A model generated the notes under the pieces. That model searched no databases, was not told the origin of the DNA, and saw only the letters and a list, made by a program, of their open reading frames with translations. Both the position numbers and the translations under genes were made by a program. Shown here in pieces: positions 39,120 to 48,210 of a stretch of DNA of 64,000 bases. The stretch is from an uncultured Collinsella sp. (GTDB lineage: Bacteria > Actinomycetota > Coriobacteriia > Coriobacteriales > Coriobacteriaceae). How positions within the stretch are numbered: the first letter of the stretch is position 1; each line of letters opens with the position of its first letter. The DNA is taken from NCBI GenBank assembly GCA_900544115.1, contig UQTW01000004.1:18302-82301 (forward strand), in the 5' to 3' direction.

Positions 39120-39611
39120 GTGATGATCAGAAAAACCCTCGATACCGACATTCCCGCCGTCATGGCTATCTATGACGCGGCCCGCGCCTTTATGCGCGCG
39201 CATGGCAACGCCACGCAGTGGCCCGAGGGCACGCCTTCGGCCGAGCAGCTGGCTGCCGATATTGCCGCTGGTGGCAGTTACGTGTGCGAAGTCGACGGCC
39301 GCGTGGTGGCGACGTTTGCCTTTTTACCGGGTCCGGACGAGTGCTATGACGTGATTGAGGACGGTCAATGGCGCAGCGACACTCCGTATGCCGTGCTGCA
39401 TCGCGTGGCATCCGACGGCACCGTGCACGGTATCGCGGCGGCGATGTTTGCCTTTGCCAAGGAATGCGCCGACCATCTGCGTATTGACACGCACGAGGAC
39501 AACTTGCCCATGCAGGGCGCCATCGCCAAGGCGGGGTTCGAGCGTGTCGGTATCGTCTATGTGTCCGACGGCACGGCGCGTGTCGCGTTTGATTGGCTGC
39601 GCGAGGCGTAG
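39120..39611 (+). CDS. GNAT-family N-acetyltransferase
   Basis: 163 aa with a GNAT fold and an acetyl-CoA motif region HEDNLPMQGAIAKAGFERVG. Confidence 0.7.
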   Translation: MMIRKTLDTDIPAVMAIYDAARAFMRAHGNATQWPEGTPSAEQLAADIAAGGSYVCEVDGRVVATFAFLPGPDECYDVIEDGQWRSDTPYAVLHRVASDGTVHGIAAAMFAFAKECADHLRIDTHEDNLPMQGAIAKAGFERVGIVYVSDGTARVAFDWLREA

Positions 39612-39643
39612 GAGCCAAGGCACGTATCATCACCCAGCTCAAA

Positions 39644-39673
39644 TAAAAAATGGCCCCGAGTGGGGCCATTTTT
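39644..39673. terminator. Bidirectional intrinsic terminator
   Basis: aaaaaatGGCCCCgagtGGGGCCattttt. Confidence 0.8.
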
Positions 39674-39917
39674 GGTAAAACGCGTCGTTGTGGGACTCGC
39701 ATTGTTACCGCCCCAGATGAACCCGGGCAGACAAAAAGGGGAGGTGCCGGCTTTCGCAAGGCGCGAACCTACGAAAATCGCCGCGCGGCAACGCGGGGCG
39801 ATGAGCTCGGTCGGGGGATAGGGCCCGCTTCGCCCGCCGGCCCGTAAATTGTATCATCCAGTGTGGAACGAGAGCGCCCGTTGCCGCGTGCGATGGGCTT
39901 GCAATAAGAGGAGAGCC

Positions 39918-41921
39918 ATGTCGAAGCAAGCGGTCGTTGGAATCTTGGCGCATGTCGATGCCGGCAAGACCACGCTGGCCGAGGCCATGTTGTTCAACGC
40001 GGGTCGCATTCGCAAGCGCGGCCGCGTGGACGATGGCGATTCGCATCTGGACACTAACACGATCGAGCGCGAGCGCGGCATTACGATCTTCTCGTCGCAG
40101 GCCGTGCTCGACCATGGCGATACCCACGTCATGCTCGTTGATGCGCCGGGGCATGTCGATTTTTCTGCCGAGGCGGAGCGCACATTGCGCGCACTCGACT
40201 ACGCGATTTTGGTTGTGGGCGCCAACGACGGCGTACAAGGGCACACCGAAACCCTGTGGCGCCTGCTTGCGCGCTATGACATTCCGACGTTCATCTATAT
40301 CAACAAAATCGATTTGGAGAATCCCGGCCGCGATGTTTTGCTGGCACAACTTGGGCAACGTCTTTCCGAAGGTTGCCTGGATGCCAACGAACTGTTGGCG
40401 GGCGGCGCCGTTCAGGAGGACGCTGCTGCGTTGGACGAGGCGGCGCTCGAGGAGTTTCTTGAGGCGGGCGAACTTTCTGTTGCAACGCTGTCACGCATGG
40501 TTGCCGAGCGCAAGCTCTTTCCCTGCTTTGCCGGCTCGGCGCTCAAGGACCAAGGCGTGGACGAGCTGCTGGACGGCATATGCGCGCTGATGCGTGAACG
40601 GGCATGGCTTCCGGAGTTTGCCGCGCGCGTCTATCGTGTCAGCCGCGGGGATCGTGGCGAGCGCTTGGCTTGGGTTAAAGTGACCGGCGGCACGCTGCGT
40701 GCCAAGCAGATGATTAACGGACGTTCCGGCGCCGAGGCATGGGAGCAAAAGATCGACCAGGTGCGCATCTATAACGGCGAGAAATACGAGCTTGCCCAGG
40801 AAGTTGCCGCTGGCGGCATCTGCACCGTGACGGGTCTTGCGCACGTTCGCCCGGGTGATGCCCTGGGCGCGGAGCCCGCGGGCGATACGCCCGTCATTGC
40901 GCCGGTCCTCACCTATACGGTGCTTCCGGGCGAACACGATGTCCACGCGGTGTTCAAAGCGCTGACTGAGTTGGCGGACGAAGATCCCATGCTCGGCGTA
41001 AGCTGGAATACGCATCTTGAACAAATACATCTGCAGCTCATGGGAGCGGTGCAACTCGAGGTCGTGCAGCGGGTGTTGGCCGATCGTTTTGGCCTTGCGG
41101 TCGAGTTTGAGCCCGGCGGCATCCTCTATAAGGAGACCATTTCGCAGCCGGTCGAGGGCGTGGGTCACTTTGAGCCACTGCGCCACTATGCCGAGGTGCA
41201 TCTGCGCCTGGAGCCGTTGCCGGCGGGCTCGGGCGTACAGTTTGGCACCGTGACCTCGACCGACGAGCTCGATCTTAACTGGCAGCGTCTGGCGCTCACC
41301 AACGCCATGGAGCGCGATCATCTGGGCGTGCTGACCGGCTCGCCCATCACCGATGTGTGCATTACGCTCACAGGTGGCCGCGCGCATGCCAAACACACCG
41401 AGGGCGGCGATTTTCGCCAGGCCACGTATCGCGCGATTCGCCAGGGGCTCATGCGGGCACGTGAGGCCGGCGCGGCGGTGCTGTTGGAGCCGTGGTACCA
41501 CTTTGAGCTCGAGGTGCCGGGGGAGTGCGTGGGCCGGGCGCTCTCGGATGCCACGCGCATGGGTGCCGAGTACGAGCCGCCGACGATGGCGGGCGACCGA
41601 GCGAAGCTTGTGGGTCGCGTGCCGGCATCCGAGGTGCAGGATTACGCGCTGGAGGTGGCTGCCTACACGAGTGGTCGCGGGCATCTGTACCTGGAGTTTG
41701 CCGGCTATGCGCCTTGTCATGATGCCGAGCGCGTCATCGAGGCGGTGGCCTATGAGCCCGAGGCCGATCTGCCCAACACGCCCGACTCGGTCTTTTGCTC
41801 TCACGGCGCCGGTTACACGGTCAAATGGTACGACGTACCCGCCGCGGCACACGTAAAGATCGATCCCGCCGCCTTCCGTCCCTGGCGAGCAGCAGACGCT
41901 GAGTTTTTCGGCCACATGTGA
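39918..41921 (+). CDS. Ribosomal-protection-type translational GTPase (TetM/TetO/TetW/OtrA family)
   Basis: AVVGILAHVDAGKTTLAEAML, DAPGHVDF, NKIDL. The domain IV/V region ...LPAGSGVQFGTVTS... aligns with Tet(W)/Tet(M) and is divergent from canonical EF-G. RBS aagaggagag precedes the ATG at 39918. Confidence 0.65.
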   Translation: MSKQAVVGILAHVDAGKTTLAEAMLFNAGRIRKRGRVDDGDSHLDTNTIERERGITIFSSQAVLDHGDTHVMLVDAPGHVDFSAEAERTLRALDYAILVVGANDGVQGHTETLWRLLARYDIPTFIYINKIDLENPGRDVLLAQLGQRLSEGCLDANELLAGGAVQEDAAALDEAALEEFLEAGELSVATLSRMVAERKLFPCFAGSALKDQGVDELLDGICALMRERAWLPEFAARVYRVSRGDRGERLAWVKVTGGTLRAKQMINGRSGAEAWEQKIDQVRIYNGEKYELAQEVAAGGICTVTGLAHVRPGDALGAEPAGDTPVIAPVLTYTVLPGEHDVHAVFKALTELADEDPMLGVSWNTHLEQIHLQLMGAVQLEVVQRVLADRFGLAVEFEPGGILYKETISQPVEGVGHFEPLRHYAEVHLRLEPLPAGSGVQFGTVTSTDELDLNWQRLALTNAMERDHLGVLTGSPITDVCITLTGGRAHAKHTEGGDFRQATYRAIRQGLMRAREAGAAVLLEPWYHFELEVPGECVGRALSDATRMGAEYEPPTMAGDRAKLVGRVPASEVQDYALEVAAYTSGRGHLYLEFAGYAPCHDAERVIEAVAYEPEADLPNTPDSVFCSHGAGYTVKWYDVPAAAHVKIDPAAFRPWRAADAEFFGHM

Positions 41922-41945
41922 CAAGGGGACAGCCCCTTTGTCACC
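41917..41945. repeat. 29-bp palindrome copy 5 (tgtgacaaggggacagcccctttgtcacc)
   Basis: The TGA stop of the preceding gene (41919-41921) is the TGA inside the palindrome. Confidence 0.85.
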
Positions 41946-42014
41946 CGCTGTTGGTATAACTCGGTGTAAGTTGGTATAACTATAGGCAGGGTTTGCCAAT
42001 CCGAGGAGGCCGAC

Positions 42015-43133
42015 ATGAATCCAAATCCCTTTAAGCCAACGGCAGGCAAGCGGCCTCCGATACTCATCGGTCGCGAGTCGGTCATCGAAGATTTCGAGGA
42101 AGGGCTCGATAACGGCGCCGGAGCGCCGGGTAGGCTCATGCTCATTACGGGAAACCGCGGCTGCGGCAAGACGGTTCTCCTGCGGGAGCTGCAACGTCTA
42201 GCCAATGAGCGTGGATGGGCGGTTGTCTCCGATTCCGCTTCGCTTGGCCTATGCGACCGCTTGGCCGATGCGCTTCGCTCGAATAGGCCGGTTGTGACGT
42301 CAATGGAGTTCGGTCCGTCGTTTGGCCGGATGTCGGTCGAGGCGGCGCGAGCAAAGGGCGAGACGTTGCGAGGGCTGGTCAACGAGCGCCTCAAGAAACT
42401 CGGGCCGGGAAAGGGCTTGCTGTTTGCGATTGATGAGGCCCAATCTGCGTCTATCGAGGAACTGGCGGCGCTGGCCGTTCTCTATCAGCAAGTGCTCGGA
42501 GATCAAGATGCTACAGGCTTGTCCGATAGCGACCAGCGCGGTCTTGCGCTGGTGTTCGCCGGCTTACCCAGTATGGTTGATGACTTGCTCGAAGAGCCGA
42601 GCGTGACGTTTTTGCGGCGTGCTCAGCAGCGTACGCTGGGGGCGATTTCTTTGCCCAAAGTGCGCGATTCGTATATCCAGACGGTCAAAGACGCTGGTCT
42701 TTACGTTGATGCGGAGACGGCGGACCTTGCGGCGCGCAAGAGCATGGGGCATCCCTATATGGTTCAGCTGGTGGGCTATTACATGTGGCGGTCTGCTGTC
42801 CGGCGTGGCTCGCAGGTCATTGAAGAGCGCGATGTTGAGGCTGGGCACGCGGATGCCGTCTCCGAGTTCTACGAAGCGGTTGACGCGCCCCTGTATTACG
42901 GGCTGCGCAGTCCACAGCGCCTATTTATCGAGGCCATGGCAGTTGACGGGGGCAAGCCGACGCGCATGGCGGACATCATTGAGCGCTGCGACCGCACCCA
43001 AAGCTGGGCGAGTAAATATCGCGCAAGCCTGATTCGCGAGCGCGTCATCGAGGCTGCCGGATACGGCCTCGTCCGGTTTACCGTGCCCATGCTGGGCGAG
43101 TACATCCGCGAACGCGTTTTATGGCACGAGTAA
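42015..43133 (+). CDS. AAA+ ATPase (Arch_ATPase/AAA_16-like) with a C-terminal winged-helix, paralog A
   Basis: NPF...IGRE motif, Walker A GNRGCGKT, Walker B LLFAIDEAQ. It shares VTFLRRAQQ, LVGY and a C-terminal region with 46271-47371. Confidence 0.65.
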   Translation: MNPNPFKPTAGKRPPILIGRESVIEDFEEGLDNGAGAPGRLMLITGNRGCGKTVLLRELQRLANERGWAVVSDSASLGLCDRLADALRSNRPVVTSMEFGPSFGRMSVEAARAKGETLRGLVNERLKKLGPGKGLLFAIDEAQSASIEELAALAVLYQQVLGDQDATGLSDSDQRGLALVFAGLPSMVDDLLEEPSVTFLRRAQQRTLGAISLPKVRDSYIQTVKDAGLYVDAETADLAARKSMGHPYMVQLVGYYMWRSAVRRGSQVIEERDVEAGHADAVSEFYEAVDAPLYYGLRSPQRLFIEAMAVDGGKPTRMADIIERCDRTQSWASKYRASLIRERVIEAAGYGLVRFTVPMLGEYIRERVLWHE

Positions 43134-43161
43134 TGTGAAGAGGGACGGTCCCTTTGTCACA
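43134..43161. repeat. Palindrome copy 6, degenerate (tgtgaagagggacggtccctttgtcaca)
   Basis: It abuts the TAA stop at 43131-43133 and is followed by gatagatgtgagg, just upstream of the GNAT start. Confidence 0.8.
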
Positions 43162-43183
43162 TCGATAGATGTGAGGTCAAAAC

Positions 43184-43738
43184 ATGGTGATTCAAACTGA
43201 GCGATTGACGCTTCGTCCGTGGCGCGAGACGGATGCGGCGATCCTGTTTACATATGCGAGCGACCCGGACGTGGGACCGGCTGCGGGCTGGCCGCCCCAT
43301 CGAAGCATTGAGGAGAGCAGGGAGATCATTCGGACAGTTTTTGCGGCACCCCATACCTTTGCCGTTTGCCTGGCTGCGACGGATGAGCCCGTGGGTAGCA
43401 TCGGTCTCATGCCGTCTCGCTGCGAGTCAAACCGTCGAGATGACGGTCTCGAACTCGAAGTGGGCTATTGGATCGCCAAGCCATTCTGGGGCCGAGGCTT
43501 TGCTCCCGAAGCGGTACGAGCCATGCAGCGCTATGCGTTCGAAACGCTTGGCTGCAAGGCGCTTTGGTGCGGATACTACGAGGGCAATAACAAGTCATTA
43601 CGCGTTCAGCAAAAGTGCGGGTTCGCGCCGCATCACGTTGAGCGCGACGTGCCCTGCGAGCTTATGGGCGATGTACGTACCGAGTACTTTACGTATTTGA
43701 CCCGCGAAGACTGGCGCGGGCGGGCAGAAGGGGAGTGA
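43184..43738 (+). CDS. GNAT-family N-acetyltransferase (RimJ/RimL-like)
   Basis: MVIQTERLTLRPWRETDAA... and ...WGRGFAPEAVRAMQRYAFE. Its stop overlaps the start of the next gene. Confidence 0.7.
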   Translation: MVIQTERLTLRPWRETDAAILFTYASDPDVGPAAGWPPHRSIEESREIIRTVFAAPHTFAVCLAATDEPVGSIGLMPSRCESNRRDDGLELEVGYWIAKPFWGRGFAPEAVRAMQRYAFETLGCKALWCGYYEGNNKSLRVQQKCGFAPHHVERDVPCELMGDVRTEYFTYLTREDWRGRAEGE

Positions 43739-46230
43739 TGACGGTGTCGCAACAACCAAGTGCTATCGAGGTGCGTGGCGCGCGCGTCCATAACCTCAAG
43801 GACATCGATATCGATATTCCGCTGGGAAAACTCGTAGGTATTGCCGGCGTGTCGGGTTCGGGCAAGAGTTCGCTGGCGTTGGGAGTTCTTTATGCCGAGG
43901 GCTCGCGCCGCTATCTGGAGGCGCTCAGCACCTATACCCGCCGTCGTCTGACGCAGGCCGAGCACGCCCAGGTGGACGAGGTGCTGCACGTGCCGGCGGC
44001 GCTCGCATTGCATCAGCGTCCGAGCGTGCCGGGCGTGCGTTCCACCTTTGGCACCATGACCGAGCTCAACAATAGCCTGCGCTTGCTTTTTAGTCGCTGT
44101 GCCCATCACGTGTGCCCGCATTGCGGGGCGCGCGTGGAGCCGAGCCTTAACGTGGCTGCGGGCCTGTCGCTCACGTGTCCGACATGCGGCCGCGAGTTCT
44201 ACGCGCCGAGTGCCGAGGATTTGGCTTTCAATAGCGGCGGCGCGTGTCCTACCTGCGGCGGCACCGGTGTCATGCGCGAAGTGGACGAGGCGAGTCTGGT
44301 GCCCGACGAGTCAAAGACTATCAACGAGGGCGCGGTGCTTCCTTGGGGCACGCTCATGTGGGATTTGATGAAGCAGGTGGCAGGCGAGATGGGCGTGCGC
44401 ACCGATGTGCCGTTTAGCCAGCTCACGCCTCAAGAGCGCGATATCGTGTTCCACGGCCCGGCGGTTAAGAAGCACATTCTCTACGTTCCCAAAAACGGCG
44501 AGGGCGCCACGCCGCTCGACTTTACCTATTACAACGCCGTCTATACCGTTGAGAATGCGCTCGCCAAGGTTAAGGACGATAAGGGGCTTAAGCGTGTGGC
44601 TCGCTTTTTGCGCGAGGGACCATGCCGTGACTGCGCCGGCACGCGTCTCTCCGAGGCTGCGCGCCAGCCCCAGGTGCGCGGTATCAATCTGGCTCAGGCC
44701 GCGGCCATGACGCTTGGTGATGCGATCGAGTGGGTGCGCGGGGTGCCCGCATCCTTGCCGGCCGAGATGCGGCCCATGGCGACGGATATCTGCGATTCGT
44801 TTTTGAGCACGGCTCGTCGTCTGGTCGACCTGGGTCTCGATTACCTTTCGCTCGATCGCGCCGGTGCCACGCTCTCCACGGGTGAGCGCCAGCGCGTGCA
44901 ACTCGCCCGCGTGGTGCGCAACCGATCGACAGGCGTGCTCTATGTGCTGGACGAGCCCTCAATTGGCTTGCATCCTGCCAATGTCGACGGCTTGGTGGGC
45001 GTAATGCGCGACCTGGTGGATGACGGCAATACCGTGGTTGTTGTCGACCACGATACACGTGTGCTGGTGGAGGCTGATTATCTGGTCGAGATGGGCCCCG
45101 TTGCCGGAGCAGGCGGCGGCAGTGTAATCGCCGCGGGCACGGTGGACGAGGTCGAGCAATCGCAGGACAGCCGTATCGCGCCGTTTTTGCGCGCCGAGCC
45201 CAAGCGCTTGCGTCCGCAGGTGACTGACGACGAAATGTTCGACCAGGGCCATATCCGCATGGCGACCGATACCATCCATACCGTCAAGCCGCTCGAAGTC
45301 GATATTCCGCGCGGTCGCTTGGTCGCGGTTACGGGTGTTTCGGGTTCGGGCAAGACGACGTTGGTGCTCGAGACGCTCATCCCGGCGCTTAAGGCGCAGG
45401 CAGCTGACGAGCGCTTGCCGGGGCACGTGTGTTGGGTCGATGCCGAGGGCATTGGCCGCGCAAACCTGATTGACGCCACGCCCATCGGTGCCAACGTGCG
45501 CTCGACGGTAGCGACTTATGCCGACATCCATGATGAGCTGCGCCGCGCCTTCGCCCGCACGCCCGAGGCAAAGGCAGCCGGCTACAAGGCGGGTGCCTTT
45601 AGCTACAATACCGGCGCCTTGCGCTGCCCTACGTGTGATGGCACGGGCTCGATATCGCTCGACGTGCAGTTTTTGCCCGATGTCGAAATCGTCTGCCCGG
45701 CATGTCGCGGCTCACGTTATGCAGACGCGGCTTCGCATATCCATCGCGAGGGCAAGGACGGGAGTCTGCTTACGTTGCCGCAGCTCATGGACATGAGTGT
45801 GGACGAGGCCATCGACGCCACGGTGGGGCTCAAGAAAGTTCAGACGCGCTTGCAGACCTTGCACGACCTTGGCTTGGGCTATCTTACGCTCGGTGAGCCC
45901 ACACCGGCGCTTTCGGGCGGCGAGGCGCAGCGCCTTAAGCTCGCGAGCGAGATGGGCCGCGTGCAGGATGATGCCGTATTCGTATTTGACGAGCCCACGA
46001 TCGGCCTGCATCCGCTCGATGTTCAGGTGCTGTTGAACGTGTTTGACGGCCTCGTTGCCAAGGGCGCCACGGTTATCGTGATCGAGCACGACCTCGACCT
46101 TATCTGTAACGCCGATTACGTGATCGACATGGGCCCGGGCGGTGGTGATGCGGGCGGGCAAATCGTCTGCGCCGGCACGCCAGGCGACATCGCAGCCTGC
46201 TCCGCAAGCATCACCGGCCGCTACCTATAG
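43735..46230 (+). CDS. Short UvrA-like ABC ATPase (UvrA2 paralog), 831 aa
   Basis: Two ABC modules (GVSGSGKSS, GVSGSGKTT) with zinc-finger Cys clusters. It is about 110 aa shorter than canonical UvrA, consistent with loss of the UvrB-binding and insertion domains. Confidence 0.75.
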   Translation: MMTVSQQPSAIEVRGARVHNLKDIDIDIPLGKLVGIAGVSGSGKSSLALGVLYAEGSRRYLEALSTYTRRRLTQAEHAQVDEVLHVPAALALHQRPSVPGVRSTFGTMTELNNSLRLLFSRCAHHVCPHCGARVEPSLNVAAGLSLTCPTCGREFYAPSAEDLAFNSGGACPTCGGTGVMREVDEASLVPDESKTINEGAVLPWGTLMWDLMKQVAGEMGVRTDVPFSQLTPQERDIVFHGPAVKKHILYVPKNGEGATPLDFTYYNAVYTVENALAKVKDDKGLKRVARFLREGPCRDCAGTRLSEAARQPQVRGINLAQAAAMTLGDAIEWVRGVPASLPAEMRPMATDICDSFLSTARRLVDLGLDYLSLDRAGATLSTGERQRVQLARVVRNRSTGVLYVLDEPSIGLHPANVDGLVGVMRDLVDDGNTVVVVDHDTRVLVEADYLVEMGPVAGAGGGSVIAAGTVDEVEQSQDSRIAPFLRAEPKRLRPQVTDDEMFDQGHIRMATDTIHTVKPLEVDIPRGRLVAVTGVSGSGKTTLVLETLIPALKAQAADERLPGHVCWVDAEGIGRANLIDATPIGANVRSTVATYADIHDELRRAFARTPEAKAAGYKAGAFSYNTGALRCPTCDGTGSISLDVQFLPDVEIVCPACRGSRYADAASHIHREGKDGSLLTLPQLMDMSVDEAIDATVGLKKVQTRLQTLHDLGLGYLTLGEPTPALSGGEAQRLKLASEMGRVQDDAVFVFDEPTIGLHPLDVQVLLNVFDGLVAKGATVIVIEHDLDLICNADYVIDMGPGGGDAGGQIVCAGTPGDIAACSASITGRYL

Positions 46231-46234
46231 GCGA

Positions 46235-46263
46235 TGTGACAAAGGGACTGCCCCTTTGTCACA
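46235..46263. repeat. 29-bp palindrome copy 7 (tgtgacaaagggactgcccctttgtcaca)
   Basis: It lies 4 bp after the UvrA-like stop. Confidence 0.9.
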
Positions 46264-46270
46264 TTGACTT

Positions 46271-47371
46271 CTATTTCACGCATTGAGCGGCGAGATAGTC
46301 GCGGAAGAATGGCAATTCAAAAGCGACGATTCCGCGCCCACGTTCCCCAATGATGCCGGCGTCTATCATGCGGCGTCGGTAGCGGGAGACCTGCTGCGGC
46401 GAACGCTTAAGGCGCTCGACAAGGTCGGCGGTGGTGGACTCTTCCTCGTCATCGAGCATGGCGATGAGGAATCGCTTGTCTTCTGCAGTGAGTTCCCGAT
46501 AGGTTGCCGCGAGAATTCGGTCGTCCATCTCGTCGCGCGCGATTTTGATTCCCAGGTCAAAGTCGCGTGACGAGATTTCCTTCGAATCGCTTGTGAGATC
46601 CCAGGCACGGTAGCCTACGAGTTGCAATAGGAAGGGAAAACCAGAGATCGAGCGAACGGCTCTATCGATTCCCTCAGCATCTGCCAGGCGATCGTTTTCC
46701 TGAATTGTGCGAATCAAGGCTTCGCGCACGTCATAGTCGGCAATGCGACCCAGATGATATTGTTGGGCGCGGCGAAGAAACGAGACCGTCTTGTGGTTTA
46801 GTAGCGTCGATACGTTGTTGGGAAGTCCCGCCATGAGCAGGGCGACGCGTTTTCCATCGGTCACAAAGTGCTGATACGACGCTGCGAGCTGAATCATCTC
46901 GTCGAGTGTCGGGTCCACCTCGTCAACCGTAACGAGCAGACCGGTGCCAGCCTCGTTGAGCTGGTCGATGATGTCGCTCATGCGATAACGCCAGGTTGAG
47001 GCATCGTGAACGCGATTGACCTCGATGCTGCCGAGCGGTGCAATTCCGAGACCGGTGACTTCGAAGTTGTTAGACGGGTCGATAAGATGGCCGGCAGCAC
47101 GTTTCGCCCCGAACTCGATTTCCTCAAGCATTCCCGGGAGCGCGGTTGTCTTTACGGCAATCCAGCCGTGGGATTCCGCCCTTGTCGCGAGCGACGACAT
47201 GAGAGCGGTTTTACCGGTTCCACGTGCGCCTGAGAAGATCGAGGTCAATTCTGGGCGCCTGCGCTGGCTCAAGAAGGCACGGTCCAAATCCCGAATAATC
47301 TGTTGTCTGCCAGCGAGATGGGCAGGAACCTCGCCAAAGCTAGGGGTAAACGGGTTCTCGAGATATTCCAC
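46271..47371 (-). CDS. AAA+ ATPase (Arch_ATPase/AAA_16-like), paralog B
   Basis: NPF motif, Walker A GARGTGKT, Walker B LLVTVDEVD, VSFLRRAQQ. It is a paralog of 42015-43133. Confidence 0.65.
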   Translation of the reverse strand: MEYLENPFTPSFGEVPAHLAGRQQIIRDLDRAFLSQRRRPELTSIFSGARGTGKTALMSSLATRAESHGWIAVKTTALPGMLEEIEFGAKRAAGHLIDPSNNFEVTGLGIAPLGSIEVNRVHDASTWRYRMSDIIDQLNEAGTGLLVTVDEVDPTLDEMIQLAASYQHFVTDGKRVALLMAGLPNNVSTLLNHKTVSFLRRAQQYHLGRIADYDVREALIRTIQENDRLADAEGIDRAVRSISGFPFLLQLVGYRAWDLTSDSKEISSRDFDLGIKIARDEMDDRILAATYRELTAEDKRFLIAMLDDEEESTTADLVERLKRSPQQVSRYRRRMIDAGIIGERGRGIVAFELPFFRDYLAAQCVK

Positions 47372-47491
47372 AAAGCTCTCCTTTCACAGCGCCGTTTAAC
47401 TTCATTTTACTTTAGTTAATTCTGATTAAAAGTGAGGGCTTTTTATCTAGAGCATCAATTAGGCGTGTGCGCCATCGGCGCGGCGCTTGAA

Positions 47492-47520
47492 TGTGACAAA
47501 GGGACAGTTCCTTTGTCACA
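47492..47520. repeat. 29-bp palindrome copy 8 (tgtgacaaagggacagttcctttgtcaca)
   Basis: The trmL stop codon (reverse complement of 47516-47518) is the TGA inside the palindrome's right arm. Confidence 0.9.
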
Positions 47521-48115
47521 TTCCCGGAAAGCCTGTTTGGCGCAGGGCTTCGTAGAGGACGATGGCGGCGCTGTTGGAGAGGTTGAGGGCGCTGATGCGG
47601 TAGTCGTCCGGGTTGACGAAGTTGCCGCAGATGTCCTTTTGAAGGATAGCCTCGTGGCTGTCCTCGGTATGTCCGAGCGATTCCTCGTGGGCTTCCCAAG
47701 CCTCGGCGTTATCGAGCGAGTCGCAATCGCGCAGCATAGGGATGCGCTCGCAGCGCTCGGGCGCCGCGGCGAGCAGTGGCTCGGGAATGCCCGAGCTCTC
47801 GCTGCCAAAGACCAAGTAGTCGCCGTCGTGGTAGGTACTCTGCGCATAGGTGCGGCGTGCCTTTTTGGTCAGCAGATGTAGGCGCTCGTCGGCAGGGGAG
47901 AGACCGTTGCGTGCAAGGAAATCCTCCCAGCCGGCATAGGTCGTCACGTCCAAGTTTTGCCAGTAGCCCAGGCCGGCGCGACGTACCGTTTTGTCGTCGA
48001 GCGAGAAGCCCAGCGGCTCCACCAGATGCAGGCGGGCGCCGGTGACCACGCAGGTACGGCCGATATTGCCCGTATTGGCCGGAATCTCGGGCGCATACAG
48101 CACAATGTTGAACAT
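47516..48115 (-). CDS. trmL: tRNA (cytidine/uridine34-2'-O)-methyltransferase TrmL (SpoU family) with an internal acidic insertion
   Basis: MFNIVLYAPEIPANTGNIGRTCVVTGARLHLVEPLGF and the C-terminal ...LNLSNSAAIVLYEALRQ align with E. coli TrmL. The start coordinate is accurate to about 1 nt, and the track ORF is extended 5'. Confidence 0.8.
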   Translation of the reverse strand: MFNIVLYAPEIPANTGNIGRTCVVTGARLHLVEPLGFSLDDKTVRRAGLGYWQNLDVTTYAGWEDFLARNGLSPADERLHLLTKKARRTYAQSTYHDGDYLVFGSESSGIPEPLLAAAPERCERIPMLRDCDSLDNAEAWEAHEESLGHTEDSHEAILQKDICGNFVNPDDYRISALNLSNSAAIVLYEALRQTGFPGM

Positions 48116-48132
48116 GAATCTCCTTGGCTCAG

Positions 48133-48169
48133 AACGAAAAACCACCACGAAGAGCACCTTCGTGGTGGT
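48133..48169 (-). terminator. Intrinsic terminator, or attenuator-like hairpin, immediately upstream of the trmL RBS
   Basis: Minus-strand stem accaccacgaag-gtgctc-ttcgtggtggt followed by ttttcgtt. The RBS aaggag and trmL ATG come about 10 nt later. Confidence 0.55.
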
Positions 48170-48210
48170 TTGGCGGTTACATAGGCGGAAAAATGCCCGC
48201 TTGGATAAAC

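Noticed and set aside
40491-42194. 567-aa ORF antisense to the TetM-like GTPase and the start of the AAA ATPase
   Set aside because: It spans an intergenic palindrome and two sense genes and has no motifs. It is a GC-driven open frame.
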